From the NCBI GenBank assembly GCA_052390235.1, contig JBQTHB010000005.1, positions 256,001 through 320,000 of the forward strand: 64,000 nucleotides of DNA, read 5' to 3'. The stretch's first letter is position 1. Each line of letters opens with the position of its first letter. Below, in pieces: positions 38,466 to 49,724 of the stretch. The DNA comes from Deltaproteobacteria bacterium (lineage in GTDB: Bacteria; Desulfobacterota_D; UBA1144; Nemesobacterales; CSP1-2). The notes beneath the pieces were generated by a model, which was not told the DNA's origin, made no database searches, and worked only from the letters and a program-made list of their open reading frames with translations. The position numbers and the translations under genes were made by a program.

Positions 38466-40907
38466 ATGAAAACCCCGAAAGAACTCCTCCCCGAAGAGGT
38501 CTATAGATTCGCCGATTTAAGCTCTCTGGGATTTAAAACCACCGAGCAACTCTCCCAATGTCAGGGGTTTATAGGGCAGGAGCGGGCCGTTAAAGCCATA
38601 CACTTCGGTCTGGGCATCAGGCATCGGGGGTATAATCTCTATCTCGCAGGGCCCGCCGGCGTGGGCAAATCGAGCGTAATTCGGGCGATATTGTCCGACT
38701 TAGCGGCGACGAAGCCCACCCCCTGGGACTGGTGCTACGTTCATAATTTCCATAATCCCAGCGAGCCTAAGACGCTCAGTTTTCCCACGGGAACGGCAAA
38801 GAACTTCCGCAAGGACATGGAGGACCTCCTTGAGATGCTCAAAATCAACATCCCCAAATCCTTCGAGAGCAAACAATACGAGGAGACCAAGCAGAAAATC
38901 CTAAACGATAGCCAGAGACTCAAGACCTCGCTGTTCGACGAGGTGCAGAGAAAAGCCGCCCAATCCGACGTTCAAACCCAGTTCTCCCCGACTGGAATCG
39001 TTACCATCCCGCTTATGCGCGGCAAGCCCATAACCCAGGAGGAGTTTAACAATTTAGACGAGGCGAGCCGCGAGGATTTGCGCCGCCGCAAAGAAACGGT
39101 TGACGAAGAGGTCGCCGAGCTGTTTAAAAGGGCGAGGAAACAGGAAAAAGATGACCTTGAGCGTATTAAAGAACTCGAGAAAAAGGTCGCCCTTTTCGCC
39201 GTCCGAGACATCCTCGATAGCGTACGGGATAAGTACAAATCCTACCCCGAAGTGATAGATTATATGAATATGATGCAGCGCCACATCCTCGAGAACATAG
39301 ATGTATTTCTCCCCGACAAGCCCGAAGCCAATATCCCCGTACCCTTCAGAACGCCTCAGCAAAAACCCACTTTCTCTGAGTATCAGGTAAACGTCCTCAT
39401 TGATAACTCCGCCACCAGCGGCGCGCCCGTAATATTCGAGAGTAATCCCACGTATATAAATCTCGTCGGCTCAATCGAGCGCGAGGTTCGCTTCGGCATT
39501 CTCGTTACGGATTTCACCATGATTCACCCGGGCTCAATAGCCAAGGCAAACGGCGGGTATTTGGTGCTGGAGGCGGCTGATGTACTGAGATACCCGATGG
39601 TCTGGGACACGCTGAAAAAAACCCTTGCCAACGGGGAACTCAGAATCGAAGACGTATACCAGCAGTACGGATTCGTCAACACGGCGGGCGTAAAACCTGA
39701 GCCTATTAAGGTCAATTTAAAGGTCGTCCTCACGGGAAGCTCTCATCTCTATCACCTGCTCTATGCCTACGACGAGGATTTCAGAAAGCTCTTCAAGGTG
39801 AAAGCTGATTTCGACTCCACGGTAGAGGCGACCGATGGGATGCTCTCTAAATACGCCTGTTTCATAAAATCGAGCTGCGATACGGACGGCCTTCGGCAGT
39901 TTACGAGGAGCGGCGTTGAGGCCGTGGTTGAACACTGCGCGCGCCTTGCCGGCGACAGGGATAAGTTATCCATACAGTTTGGGGCGATACTTAAAATTCT
40001 GCGCGAGGCGGATTACTGGGCTGAGGCCGACGGCGCGTCCTCCTATGTGTCCAGAGAACACGTAGAGCAGGCTATCAGAGAGAAAATAAACCGCTCCAAC
40101 ATGGTCGAGGAGAAAATCCAAGAGACGATGGAAAAAGGCGTCATTATGATTGACGTTGAAGGCGAGGTCGTCGGGCAGATAAACGGGCTTGCCGTCTATA
40201 ATATGGGCGATTACTCCTTCGGCAAGCCGTCGCGGATAACGTGCGAGACGTTCATGGGTTCGGAGGGCGTCGCCAATATCGAGAGAAAAGCGCGTCTCAG
40301 CGGCAACATCCACGACAAGGGGGTGCTAATTTTGAGCGGCTACTTGGGGTCGAAATATGCTCAGGACAAGCCCCTTAGCCTCTCGGCGAGCCTCGGATTC
40401 GAGCAGAGCTACGATATGATTGACGGCGACAGCGCCTCCACAGCCGAGCTAGTTGCGATAATTTCAAGCCTCGCCTCAACCGCGATAAAACAGCAGTTCG
40501 CCATTACAGGCTCGGTCAACCAAAAGGGGCAGATTCAGCCCATTGGCGGGGTGAACGAGAAAATCGAGGGGTTTTTCCAGGTGTGCAAGGCAAGGGGGCT
40601 TACCGGAGCCCAGGGCGTGCTGATACCTCATCAGAACGCGCGAAACCTGATGCTTGGCAGAGAGGTTGTCGAAGCCGTGCGAGAGGGAAAATTCCATATC
40701 TATCCGATGGAGACCGTTGACGATGCCATCGAGATTTTAACGGGCAACGAAGCCGGCGAGCGCGGAGCGAAGGGGGAATTTACCAAAGCCTCGGTGCATT
40801 ATCTCGTTGACAAGCGCCTTCGAGAATTCGGCGAGCAGGCTAAAAAGCACGGCAGAGCCAAATCCGCCGCCGCGAAATCAAAGGGGCGCGAAGAGGAAGA
40901 AGAGTAA
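38466..40907 (+). CDS. Lon-like protease (LonB/LonC-type AAA with S16 domain)
   Basis: GQERA, GPAGVGKS, ANGGYL, FEQSY, DGDSAS catalytic Ser, GGVNEKIEGF catalytic Lys. Confidence 0.92.
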   Translation: MKTPKELLPEEVYRFADLSSLGFKTTEQLSQCQGFIGQERAVKAIHFGLGIRHRGYNLYLAGPAGVGKSSVIRAILSDLAATKPTPWDWCYVHNFHNPSEPKTLSFPTGTAKNFRKDMEDLLEMLKINIPKSFESKQYEETKQKILNDSQRLKTSLFDEVQRKAAQSDVQTQFSPTGIVTIPLMRGKPITQEEFNNLDEASREDLRRRKETVDEEVAELFKRARKQEKDDLERIKELEKKVALFAVRDILDSVRDKYKSYPEVIDYMNMMQRHILENIDVFLPDKPEANIPVPFRTPQQKPTFSEYQVNVLIDNSATSGAPVIFESNPTYINLVGSIEREVRFGILVTDFTMIHPGSIAKANGGYLVLEAADVLRYPMVWDTLKKTLANGELRIEDVYQQYGFVNTAGVKPEPIKVNLKVVLTGSSHLYHLLYAYDEDFRKLFKVKADFDSTVEATDGMLSKYACFIKSSCDTDGLRQFTRSGVEAVVEHCARLAGDRDKLSIQFGAILKILREADYWAEADGASSYVSREHVEQAIREKINRSNMVEEKIQETMEKGVIMIDVEGEVVGQINGLAVYNMGDYSFGKPSRITCETFMGSEGVANIERKARLSGNIHDKGVLILSGYLGSKYAQDKPLSLSASLGFEQSYDMIDGDSASTAELVAIISSLASTAIKQQFAITGSVNQKGQIQPIGGVNEKIEGFFQVCKARGLTGAQGVLIPHQNARNLMLGREVVEAVREGKFHIYPMETVDDAIEILTGNEAGERGAKGEFTKASVHYLVDKRLREFGEQAKKHGRAKSAAAKSKGREEEEE

Positions 40908-41018
40908 GTAACCGCCATTGCCCTATGGCTCAGGCGAGAATCTATTTCCGCCCTGAGTAAGTTCGGCGGTGTTTATCCTCCGCGCTGAATTTGCGTTAAT
41001 TCGCGGATAGAGCTAATT

Positions 41019-42392
41019 ATGAAAAAATCGAAGCCTCAGATTCTGTTCGCGTGCCAGAACTGCGGAAGCCAGTCTCCTAAGTGGTTAGGCAAATGTCCCG
41101 CCTGCGGAGAGTGGAATTCCTACGTCGAGGAGAGGGCGGATGGGAGGGATAAATCCCCGGCAGTCCGAGGGGCAACCCGCAGACTCCCCCCCACTGCCAT
41201 TACCAAAATCGAAACAGACGAAGAGCAGAGAATACAAACCGGTATGTCTGAACTCGACAGGGTCTTGGGCGGCGGCTTTGTCGAAGGCTCAATAGCGCTT
41301 GTGGGCGGAGACCCCGGCATCGGAAAATCCACGCTCGCCATTCAGATGCTCCACAACATCGCATCGGTGGGGATGACGGTTCTCTACGTTACGGGAGAGG
41401 AATCCCCGCGGCAGGTGAAATTGCGCGCCGAGAGACTCTCCCTCGGCTCGGACGCGCTTTTGGTATTCTCCGAGACCTCCGTCGAGAGCATTATCGAAGA
41501 GGCGGCAAAACTCGCCCCGAAGGTCGCCGTGATTGACTCGATTCAGACCGTCTATTCCGAGGAATTCCCCTCGGCGGCGGGGAGCGTTGGGCAGATACGC
41601 GAGTGCGCATCGAAGCTAATGCAGTTTGCCAAGACCTCCGGCACGGCGATTTTTCTCGTCGGACACGTTACCAAAGAGGGCGCGATAGCGGGCCCAAAGG
41701 TGCTGGAGCATCTCGTGGATACGGTTCTGTACTTCGAGGGCGGGCGGGACCATCCCTACAGGATTCTGCGCGCGATTAAAAACAGATTCGGCTCGACAAA
41801 CGAAATCGGCGTATTTGAGATGCGCGACTCAGGGCTTGAAGAGGTCAAAAATCCATCCGAAATATTCCTCTCCGAGCGTCCTAAAGAGGCCTCAGGGTCG
41901 GTCGTAACTCCGAGCCTCGAGGGTACGCGCCCGATACTCGTCGAGATTCAGGCGCTCGTGTCCCCGTGCAATTTCGGGATGCCGAGGCGCACCGCCATAG
42001 GGCTTGAGGCGAGCCGCGTCGCCCTTCTCGTGGCGGTGCTTGAGAAGAGGGCTGGGCTTCACATTCTGGGTCAGGATATTTTTATGAACGTAGCCGGAGG
42101 GGTTAAAATCGAAGAGCCTGCCGTTGACCTGGCCATCAGCGCGGCGATAATCTCAAGTTTCGTAAATAAGCCGCTTGAGGCGGGGGTCGTCGTGTTTGGC
42201 GAGGTGGGGCTATCGGGCGAGATACGCGGCGTCTCTCAAGTGGAACTGAGGCTCAAGGAAGCGCAGAAGCTCGGATTTACCAAGTGCGTACTGCCGAAGA
42301 TAAATTTGGAGCGGATAAAACGCTCGGACACAGACGGTCTTGCCCTCGTCGGCGCAGGCTCGATAGAAGAGGCGATAGACGCGCTGTTCTAA
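41019..42392 (+). CDS. radA: DNA repair protein RadA/Sms
   Basis: CQNCG...CPACGEW zinc finger, GDPGIGKSTL, KNRFG. Confidence 0.97.
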   Translation: MKKSKPQILFACQNCGSQSPKWLGKCPACGEWNSYVEERADGRDKSPAVRGATRRLPPTAITKIETDEEQRIQTGMSELDRVLGGGFVEGSIALVGGDPGIGKSTLAIQMLHNIASVGMTVLYVTGEESPRQVKLRAERLSLGSDALLVFSETSVESIIEEAAKLAPKVAVIDSIQTVYSEEFPSAAGSVGQIRECASKLMQFAKTSGTAIFLVGHVTKEGAIAGPKVLEHLVDTVLYFEGGRDHPYRILRAIKNRFGSTNEIGVFEMRDSGLEEVKNPSEIFLSERPKEASGSVVTPSLEGTRPILVEIQALVSPCNFGMPRRTAIGLEASRVALLVAVLEKRAGLHILGQDIFMNVAGGVKIEEPAVDLAISAAIISSFVNKPLEAGVVVFGEVGLSGEIRGVSQVELRLKEAQKLGFTKCVLPKINLERIKRSDTDGLALVGAGSIEEAIDALF

Positions 42393-42412
42393 CCCCTGCC
42401 ACTTATCTCTCT

Positions 42413-42438
42413 GGATTCCCATTTTCGCGGGAATGTCA
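42413..42438. repeat. REP-like palindrome ATTCCC-N8-GGGAAT
   Basis: GGATTCCCATTTTCGCGGGAATGTCA; related to the copy at 44650. Confidence 0.6.
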
Positions 42439-42562
42439 ACTAAAATCGCTCGCAGAGTTATCATAATAGTCGCTGGCTCGACTCCCCTCAAGATAAACCG
42501 TGAATCGCCCGTATCTATGCGCGGGCTGAGTCTGCATCGTGTTCAATCTACCCGTTTGGGTG

Positions 42563-42607
42563 AAAAAAAAGGGGCGAGCTTCCAATTTAGGAAACGCCCG
42601 CCCCTTT
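42563..42607 (-). terminator. Intrinsic terminator after the CoA ligase gene
   Basis: GGGGCG...CGCCCC stem with internal TTCC/GGAA pairing, followed by 8 U on the minus strand. Confidence 0.7.
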
Positions 42608-42624
42608 CGTGTTGTTATGAGAGA

Positions 42625-44352
42625 TTATTTTCTTGCGCTGAACTTGAGTCCCGTCTTGGCGCGATCCCAAGTTTTATCCGTGATTTCCTTAAGCTCCGCC
42701 ATTTTGATTTTCTGCGTGGCGGTAACCGGGAATCCGTCCGAGTAGATTTCGATGAATCTCGGCACCATGGCGACCATCACAAGCTCCGCCATCCACTTAG
42801 AGAACTCCACCGGGTCAAAGGTTTCGCCGGTTTTGAGCGTGACGTTGAGCTTGATTTCGTCGTCGGATACGTTCGGAAGCCTGATTCCTACGGCTATTGC
42901 CTCTTGAATCGAGTCATATCTCATGGCGACATCCTGCACCGCTATTGGGTCAACGTTCTCTCCCGATACGCGGATTCTTGAGAATCTGCCGACAAAGTAG
43001 AATCGCCCGTCAATTCCCTTTGCAAAGAGGTCGTCTGAGTTAAAAAACCCGTCGTCATCAAAAGCCTCTCTCGTGCGGCGGGGGTCTTTGAAGTATTCAT
43101 TTAGAGTCGTGTCCGGGATGCAGGGCTTGATGTACAGAAGCCCTTTCGCCTCGTCCGGCATGGTCGGATTCTCGTAAGGATCCCACGTGGGTCTGAGCGT
43201 CTTGGAGATGTCAGTCGGGTCTCTGAGTTCGACATAATACCCTTCCATCGGGAATCCCGACGAGCCGGGGCGATGGTCTTCGGCGTCTTTCCACAGAACC
43301 ATTCCCATTTCCGTTGAGCCGTATCCGTCAATTACGCGCACGCCGAAACGCTCTTGGAACTCAGCCAAATTACGAGGGGCGGGCGAGCCTAGCATAATGC
43401 GGACTTTGTGCTTTCTGTCCCACTCGCTCGCCGGCGCAGACCACAGGTACTCGGCTACTGCTCCGAGCAGGTTGATAGAATTTGCGCCGCACTCAGCCGC
43501 CCATTTCCAGAAGCTCGAAGCCGAGAAGCGAGGGAAAAACACAGCCGTCGCCCCTGCGCCCATGGAGCTGAAAAGGCACATAACTTGGGCGTTTGCGTGT
43601 CCGAGCGACAGTACGCTCATGAGTGTATCGCCGCTTCTGATACCCTGTTGCTGGAGGTAGCTTCTCACGGTCATGACCACGCCTCCGTGGTTGCGGGCAA
43701 CGCCTTTGGGCATTCCCGTTGTGCCGGAGGTGAACATACAGCGCTCCATATCAACGACGCTGACGGCAACCCCGGGGTTTTCCGTTGATGCGCCATCGAA
43801 TACGCTGAAAGGAAGCGTCTTAATTCCCGCAATGTCTGAGGGAACCGCCGCCGAATCTCCGGTAACGAAGATTACCTTTAGATTCTTTAAATCCTTCCCA
43901 ATGTCTTGAATCAGGGGAAGGCTGTCCGGGTCGGTAATGAGGGCTACGGTCTCGGAATAATTGATAACATAGGCAAGGCGTTCGCCCTTTTCGTCCTTGT
44001 TTATCGGCACCTGCACTCCGCCCACTTTGTGGATGGCAATGATGGAGACGACGTACTCGGAGCAGTTGAGCATATACATTCCGACCTTAGCGCCCTTTTT
44101 TACTCCGAAATCCTTCATGAGTCCGTTGGCTACTCTATTAGCCCAGTCATTTGTCTGCCTGTAGGTGTAGGACTCGACTATATGCCCGTCCTTATCGCCC
44201 ACCTTGAACATGGCTTTATCGGGAAACTGCTCCGCGCCCATCTCAAGGCATCTGGTTATTGGTTTCCATTCCTTTGTATCGTCAAATGAGCCGAAGGGAA
44301 GGTGTCCCTCGCCGACGTATTTGGGGTCTCTCGGTTTAAATAACAAACGCAT
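42625..44352 (-). CDS. Acyl-CoA ligase / AMP-binding enzyme (CaiC-like)
   Basis: FTSGTTGMPKG, GYGSTE, IRVSGENV, PVTATQK. Confidence 0.87.
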   Translation of the reverse strand: MRLLFKPRDPKYVGEGHLPFGSFDDTKEWKPITRCLEMGAEQFPDKAMFKVGDKDGHIVESYTYRQTNDWANRVANGLMKDFGVKKGAKVGMYMLNCSEYVVSIIAIHKVGGVQVPINKDEKGERLAYVINYSETVALITDPDSLPLIQDIGKDLKNLKVIFVTGDSAAVPSDIAGIKTLPFSVFDGASTENPGVAVSVVDMERCMFTSGTTGMPKGVARNHGGVVMTVRSYLQQQGIRSGDTLMSVLSLGHANAQVMCLFSSMGAGATAVFFPRFSASSFWKWAAECGANSINLLGAVAEYLWSAPASEWDRKHKVRIMLGSPAPRNLAEFQERFGVRVIDGYGSTEMGMVLWKDAEDHRPGSSGFPMEGYYVELRDPTDISKTLRPTWDPYENPTMPDEAKGLLYIKPCIPDTTLNEYFKDPRRTREAFDDDGFFNSDDLFAKGIDGRFYFVGRFSRIRVSGENVDPIAVQDVAMRYDSIQEAIAVGIRLPNVSDDEIKLNVTLKTGETFDPVEFSKWMAELVMVAMVPRFIEIYSDGFPVTATQKIKMAELKEITDKTWDRAKTGLKFSARK

Positions 44353-44649
44353 TTGAAATCTCCTCCTGTCTAAAATTTGCTTTAATATAAATGATTCTAT
44401 TAAATTTCAAAGGCTCATTGCAATAGGGTCTAGCCAATACCGATAAATTAAGCCGAGATTAAGGCATCGGATAACCGCTGGATAGTCTCTATCGGTTAGC
44501 CCAAAACCCCATAGCTACAAACCGAAAGGAACCTCAAGCGGCTTTTATTGCGCCGAGCTTTGCCTAAGCGCGCGGTGTAAAATCCACGCAGAACTTATTG
44601 ATAATATGCCCCCTTCGCGCCTATACCCCGCTTGCTACTGAAGAGAAGT

Positions 44650-44784
44650 GGATTCCCGCTCAGAAGACTTGCGGGAATGACACCCCATCTGTTGTGATTT
44701 TGACCCTCGTTGCCACTTGCCCCTTTTGCTCTCCGCCATTCCGCTCGTCCCTCAGTTGTCATTTCGAGCGATAGCGAGAAATCC
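44650..44784. repeat. REP-like palindromes
   Basis: GGATTCCCGC-tcagaagactt-GCGGGAATGAC (44650-44681) and GTCATTTCGAGCGATAGCGAGAAATCC (44758-44784). Confidence 0.65.
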
Positions 44785-44907
44785 TGATAAGATTTCCCTC
44801 TGGCTTGGCTTCTGTCATGATTAATTTGGGATAGGCCCTTTGCGCTGGTGCTTTTTGGATGGTTTATAGCGTAAATTCAGCCATTCGGGTGGGGGGCTGA
44901 ATCCTGA

Positions 44908-45480
44908 CTAGATTCTCGCCATTCTCACAAAATTGGCTAATAGCTCCCTGCCATGCGAGGTGAGAATTGACTCCGGGTGAAACTGCACGCCCTCGATGAG
45001 ATATTCCCTATGCCGTACGCCCATTATCTCCCCTTCGTCCGTCCAAGCGGTAATTTCAAGCTCAGGCGGGAGAGTCTCGCGCTCGATGAGAAGCGAGTGG
45101 TAGCGCGTAGCCTCAAATGGGCTTGGCACGCCCTCGAAAACCCCCCTGCCGTCGTGGTAAATCATCGAAGTTTTGCCATGCACGAGCCTGCCCGCCCGCA
45201 CGATGTTGCCTCCGAAGGCATAGCCGATGGACTGATGCCCAAGGCAGACTCCGAGAATGGGAACGCGCCCTTTTAGCTCTCTAATCACATCTACCGAGAT
45301 TCCCGCTTCCTTTGGAGTGCATGGGCCCGGAGAGACGACTATCATATCGGGATTGAGCCTTCCAGCTTCGTCGAGCGTGATTTTATCGTTTCTAAAAACG
45401 AGGATTTCCTCTCCCAGCTCGCCTAAATAGTGAACGAGGTTATAGGTGAATGAGTCGTAATTGTCAATCATCAGAATCAT
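44908..45480 (-). CDS. trpG: Anthranilate synthase component II (glutamine amidotransferase)
   Basis: [29 protein letters not shown]. Confidence 0.93.
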   Translation of the reverse strand: MILMIDNYDSFTYNLVHYLGELGEEILVFRNDKITLDEAGRLNPDMIVVSPGPCTPKEAGISVDVIRELKGRVPILGVCLGHQSIGYAFGGNIVRAGRLVHGKTSMIYHDGRGVFEGVPSPFEATRYHSLLIERETLPPELEITAWTDEGEIMGVRHREYLIEGVQFHPESILTSHGRELLANFVRMARI

Positions 45481-45496
45481 TTTCTCGCCCTCTTAC

Positions 45497-46990
45497 CTAA
45501 ACCCACGATTTCGCCGCCTCGACGGCTTTTATCAGGGCTTTCACTTTATTCTCGGTCTCCCTCAGTTCGTTCTCCGGGACAGAGTCGGCGACAATCCCCG
45601 CGCCCGCCTGAATATAGACGTCATCCCCTTTGATGACGAACGTTCTAATGGTGATGCAGGTGTCCATATTGCCTGAGAAGCTGAAATAGCCGACAGCCCC
45701 GCCGTACGCGCCGCGCCGATTCGGTTCCATCTCTTCGATGATTTCCATCGCCCGCACTTTTGGCGCGCCTGAGAGAGTACCAGCCGGGAACGTGGCTTTA
45801 AATACGTCGAATGCGTCTTTTCCTTCTTTGAGCTTGGCGACGACGTTCGAGACAATGTGCATGACGTGGGAATACCGCTCCACTGTCATAAGCTCGTCCA
45901 CTTTGACGCTCCCCACCTCGGCAACCCTACCCAAATCGTTTCTGGCAAGGTCAACGAGCATTATATGCTCGGCGCGCTCCTTCGGGTCTGCCAGAAGCTC
46001 GGCTTCGAGCGCGGTGTCCTCGGCTTTAGTTGCTCCCCTTGGCCTCGTGCCTGCGATGGGGCGATTTTCAATCCTCGCGCCCTCCACTCTGACCATCACC
46101 TCAGGAGACGAGCCGACGAGCAAATCCCCGCCTAATTTCAAATAAAACATATAGGGCGAGGGGTTCAGCGCCCTTAAAGCCCGGTATAGGTCAAAGGGGG
46201 AGGAGGAGTCGAGCTTAGTCCTCCATCTCTGCGCGATGACGGCTTGAATGATATCGCCTGCTTGGATGTATTCTTTGGTTCTGGCGACTCTGTCCATAAA
46301 TTCCATAGGCTCGAAATTCGATTTAAACCTCGATGGAGGCTGGGGGGGGGGCTTTGCGGCGGCCGCTTTTGGGCTTTCGTAGAGCGACACGGGACGCCTG
46401 AGCTTCTCGATAATCGCCTCGATTTTGGCTGCCGCTCCCTCGTAGGCGGCTTTGGCGTTTTTTGTGTCCGGCACGTAGGCGTTTGAGATGATTTTTATCT
46501 TGTGGTTTACGTTGTCGAACACGAGAAGCGAGTCGGTTATCATGAAGACCGAATCCCAGAGGCTCATATCGTCTTTTGCTGTTTCAGGGAGTTTTTCGAT
46601 GAATCTGACCATGTCGTAGCCGAAGTATCCGACTGCGCCGCCGTGAAATCTGGGCAGTTCGGGGGAGGCTACCGGGCGGTATCTCGAAAGCAAGACTCTG
46701 AGCGCGTCGAGGGGGTTGCCCTCCTGTTGTGTCGTCGCTCCGTTTTCGAGTATCTCAATCAGAGGGCCTTTAGACCTAAATATGACCGACGGCTCCGCGC
46801 CGAGAAAGCTGTATCTGCCCCATTTCTCCCCGCCCTCGACGCTCTCAAGGAGGAATGCGTAATCCCCGGCTTCAATTTTCTTCAGCGCCGATACGGGCGT
46901 GTCAAAGTCGGCGAGCATCTCCCCCCAAACGGGAACGACGTTGCCCTCGGCGAGTTTTTCTGTGAATTCGGCGAAAGATGGGGAAATCAT
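45497..46990 (-). CDS. trpE: Anthranilate synthase component I
   Basis: LLESVEGGE, NPSPYM, PIAGTRPRG, EHIMLVDLARND, GTLSGAPK. Confidence 0.95.
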   Translation of the reverse strand: MISPSFAEFTEKLAEGNVVPVWGEMLADFDTPVSALKKIEAGDYAFLLESVEGGEKWGRYSFLGAEPSVIFRSKGPLIEILENGATTQQEGNPLDALRVLLSRYRPVASPELPRFHGGAVGYFGYDMVRFIEKLPETAKDDMSLWDSVFMITDSLLVFDNVNHKIKIISNAYVPDTKNAKAAYEGAAAKIEAIIEKLRRPVSLYESPKAAAAKPPPQPPSRFKSNFEPMEFMDRVARTKEYIQAGDIIQAVIAQRWRTKLDSSSPFDLYRALRALNPSPYMFYLKLGGDLLVGSSPEVMVRVEGARIENRPIAGTRPRGATKAEDTALEAELLADPKERAEHIMLVDLARNDLGRVAEVGSVKVDELMTVERYSHVMHIVSNVVAKLKEGKDAFDVFKATFPAGTLSGAPKVRAMEIIEEMEPNRRGAYGGAVGYFSFSGNMDTCITIRTFVIKGDDVYIQAGAGIVADSVPENELRETENKVKALIKAVEAAKSWV

Positions 46991-47135
46991 TTCAGGACAG
47001 AAAGCATAAAAAGGCGCGGGCTTAAAGTCAAGAGACGCCGCCCTTCGCTTTCGCGCTCAAGGGGTGTAGAATTATGGCGGCGGCGAGGATTCGGCGGCAG
47101 GACGCAAACCCACAAGGAGGATTTATCCAAATATC

Positions 47136-48503
47136 ATGGCGCAGAAAATTAACTCCCGGATTTTCAGAGAATACGACATCAGAGGCGTAGTTGACCAAGA
47201 CCTCGACTCGGACGTCATTGAGACCATTGGCAGGGCGTTCGGCACATACCTGCAAAGGCGCGGCAGGCGCAAAGTCTCATTAGGGCGGGACTGCCGCCTG
47301 AGTTCTCCTCAGTTTGCCGAGGCGATGAGCAGGGGGATTCGCTCCACCGGCGTTGACGTGGTTGATATTGGCATGGTTTCAACGCCGATGCTCTATTTCT
47401 CGCTCTTTAATCTCGACGTTGAAGGCGGGGCCATGATAACGGCAAGCCACAATCCGGGCGAGTACAACGGCGTAAAACTCTGCCTCGGGCGGGACTCCCT
47501 ATTCGGCGAGGAAATCCAAAAAATTAGACAAATCGCCGAGTCCGAGGATTTTGCCAAGGGCGGCGGAGTTATCAACCATCTGGACATTTTGGATGACTAT
47601 CTCGATTTTTTTCGCCGGAACGTGCAAATAGCCCCCGGCATGAGGGTCGCAATTGACTGCGGAAACGCGATGGTGGGGGTTGCGGGGCCTCGAATTCTAA
47701 GAGAGTTTGGGTGCGATCTTACGGAGCTTTACACCGAACCCGACGGGACTTTCCCCAATCATCACCCAGACCCTACAGTAGAGGAAAACCTCGCGGATTT
47801 AATCCGCGCCGTGCGGGAGGGGGGTCTGCGGCTCGGAATCGGCTTTGACGGCGACGGCGACCGCGTCGGAGTCGTGGACGAGCAGGGCAATATTATCTGG
47901 GGCGATATGCTGGTTTTAATCCTTGCCCGCGATGTGCTTCGGGAGGTTCCGGGGGCGAAGATACTGGGGGATGTGAAATGCTCCGGCAGATTGTTCAGAG
48001 ACATAGAAAATCACGGCGGCGCTCCCATAATGTGGAAAACCGGCCATTCGCTCATGAAAAGCAAGATGAAGTCCGAGAAAGCCGCCCTCGCCGGCGAGAT
48101 GAGCGGGCATATTTTCTTCTCTCATAGGTTCTTTGGCTACGACGATGCCCTCTACGCCGCGCTTAGGCTTCTTGAAATCCTCTCTAGGAGCGGGCGTAAA
48201 ATGTCTGAACTTCTCGAAGGCGTGCCTCCTGCGTTCACGACCCCTGAGATTAGGGTTGACTTTCCAGAGGAGATAAAATTTCAAGCCGTCGAGATGGTCA
48301 AAAAGGAGCTTAAGGGCAGATATGAGGTCATAGACACCGACGGCGTGAGAGTGGAGTTTCCCGATGGCTGGGGGCTGGTCAGGGCTTCGAACACGCAGCC
48401 CGCCTTGGTTCTGAGGTTTGAGGCGCAGTCGGAGGCGAGGCTTGGGGAAATCCGCTCGCTGATTGAGGGGGAGCTTGAGCGGGCGAAGAGTGCGCTCACT
48501 TGA
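47136..48503 (+). CDS. Phosphomannomutase/phosphoglucomutase (AlgC-like)
   Basis: FREYDIRG, TASHNP, FDGDGDR, GEMSGH, RASNT. Confidence 0.95.
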   Translation: MAQKINSRIFREYDIRGVVDQDLDSDVIETIGRAFGTYLQRRGRRKVSLGRDCRLSSPQFAEAMSRGIRSTGVDVVDIGMVSTPMLYFSLFNLDVEGGAMITASHNPGEYNGVKLCLGRDSLFGEEIQKIRQIAESEDFAKGGGVINHLDILDDYLDFFRRNVQIAPGMRVAIDCGNAMVGVAGPRILREFGCDLTELYTEPDGTFPNHHPDPTVEENLADLIRAVREGGLRLGIGFDGDGDRVGVVDEQGNIIWGDMLVLILARDVLREVPGAKILGDVKCSGRLFRDIENHGGAPIMWKTGHSLMKSKMKSEKAALAGEMSGHIFFSHRFFGYDDALYAALRLLEILSRSGRKMSELLEGVPPAFTTPEIRVDFPEEIKFQAVEMVKKELKGRYEVIDTDGVRVEFPDGWGLVRASNTQPALVLRFEAQSEARLGEIRSLIEGELERAKSALT

Positions 48504-48564
48504 GCGAGGGCTGCGTCCCAAATGGAATATGAGGAAGGCGGAGCGGCACTCGAACTGACGTCGG

Positions 48565-49533
48565 CTAAACCAGATGGCAGGAGACTACGTGTCCCCCGCC
48601 GTAGTCCTTTAGGACAGGCTCTTCCCTCTTGCATTTTTCAACGGCAACAGGACACCGGGGATGAAACCTACACCCAGTAGGGGGGTCAACTGGACTCGGA
48701 ACATCCCCGGTAAGTAATGTCCTATTGCATTTTTTTTCAGGGTCTGGAACAGGCACGGCTGAAAGCAGGGCTTGCGTATATGGATGAAGCGGTTTTGTGT
48801 AAATCTCCTCGCTTCGCGCAAGCTCCACAACCTTGCCCAGATACATCACCGCAACTCTATCGCTTATGTGTCTAATAACGCGCAGGTCGTGAGAAATAAA
48901 CAGATACGTCAATTTAAATTCGTCTTGGAGGAGCAGGAGCAGGTTGATTATCTGCGCCTGAACCGAGACGTCGAGGGCGGAGACCGGCTCGTCGCACACT
49001 ATAAATTTCGGATGAAGCGCAAGGGCGCGGGCTATGGCGATGCGTTGGCGCTGTCCTCCGCTGAATTCATGGGGATAGCGAAAAAGCGCGTCTTCTCTGA
49101 GTCCCACAGTTGCGAGAAGCCTCTTGACCTCGTCTCTTCTGCGGTTTTGAGGGATGATATTGTGTATCGTAAGCCCTTCGGAGACTATGCCCTCGATTTT
49201 CATCCTAGGGTTGAGCGAGCCGTAGGGGTCTTGGAATACTATCTGCATCTCCCGTCTGAGGGGTTGCATCTCCCGCGAGGTCATCCCTGTAATATCTCTT
49301 CCCTCGAATTCAACTGTGCCTTCGGTTGGCTCAAGCAGTTTCAGCAGGGTCTTGCCGAGTGTGGTCTTGCCGCATCCGCTTTCGCCCACAAGCCCGAGGG
49401 TCTCGCCCTTATGCACGGACAGATCCACTCCGTCAACGGCTCTGACGTGGTCTTTTACCTTGGAAAATACCCCGGATTTTACCGGGAAGTATTTTTTGAG
49501 GCTTGTAATTTTTACGAGTTCCGGTGTCTGCAT
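48565..49533 (-). CDS. oppF: Oligopeptide/dipeptide ABC transporter ATP-binding subunit
   Basis: [25 protein letters not shown]-terminal CRFHPRC. Confidence 0.92.
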   Translation of the reverse strand: MQTPELVKITSLKKYFPVKSGVFSKVKDHVRAVDGVDLSVHKGETLGLVGESGCGKTTLGKTLLKLLEPTEGTVEFEGRDITGMTSREMQPLRREMQIVFQDPYGSLNPRMKIEGIVSEGLTIHNIIPQNRRRDEVKRLLATVGLREDALFRYPHEFSGGQRQRIAIARALALHPKFIVCDEPVSALDVSVQAQIINLLLLLQDEFKLTYLFISHDLRVIRHISDRVAVMYLGKVVELARSEEIYTKPLHPYTQALLSAVPVPDPEKKCNRTLLTGDVPSPVDPPTGCRFHPRCPVAVEKCKREEPVLKDYGGGHVVSCHLV

Positions 49534-49724
49534 CTGATAATCTCTAACATATCTGGCTGGGATGAAACCGGCTTAACTTGGCGGCGGCAACACAGTATCA
49601 GCATAGAATATCATTTTCACAGTGTCAAGTTATATTAACATTAATTTCTTTTAATCAAATATCATCAGAAGATGCGCAAAATTCGACTCCTGAATTATAT
49701 CCCGCATTCGGGCGGAATTATCCG

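Noticed and set aside
48772..49638. 288-aa plus-strand ORF
   Set aside because: Antisense to the well-conserved oppF; no recognisable motifs; a common shadow ORF of ABC ATPases.
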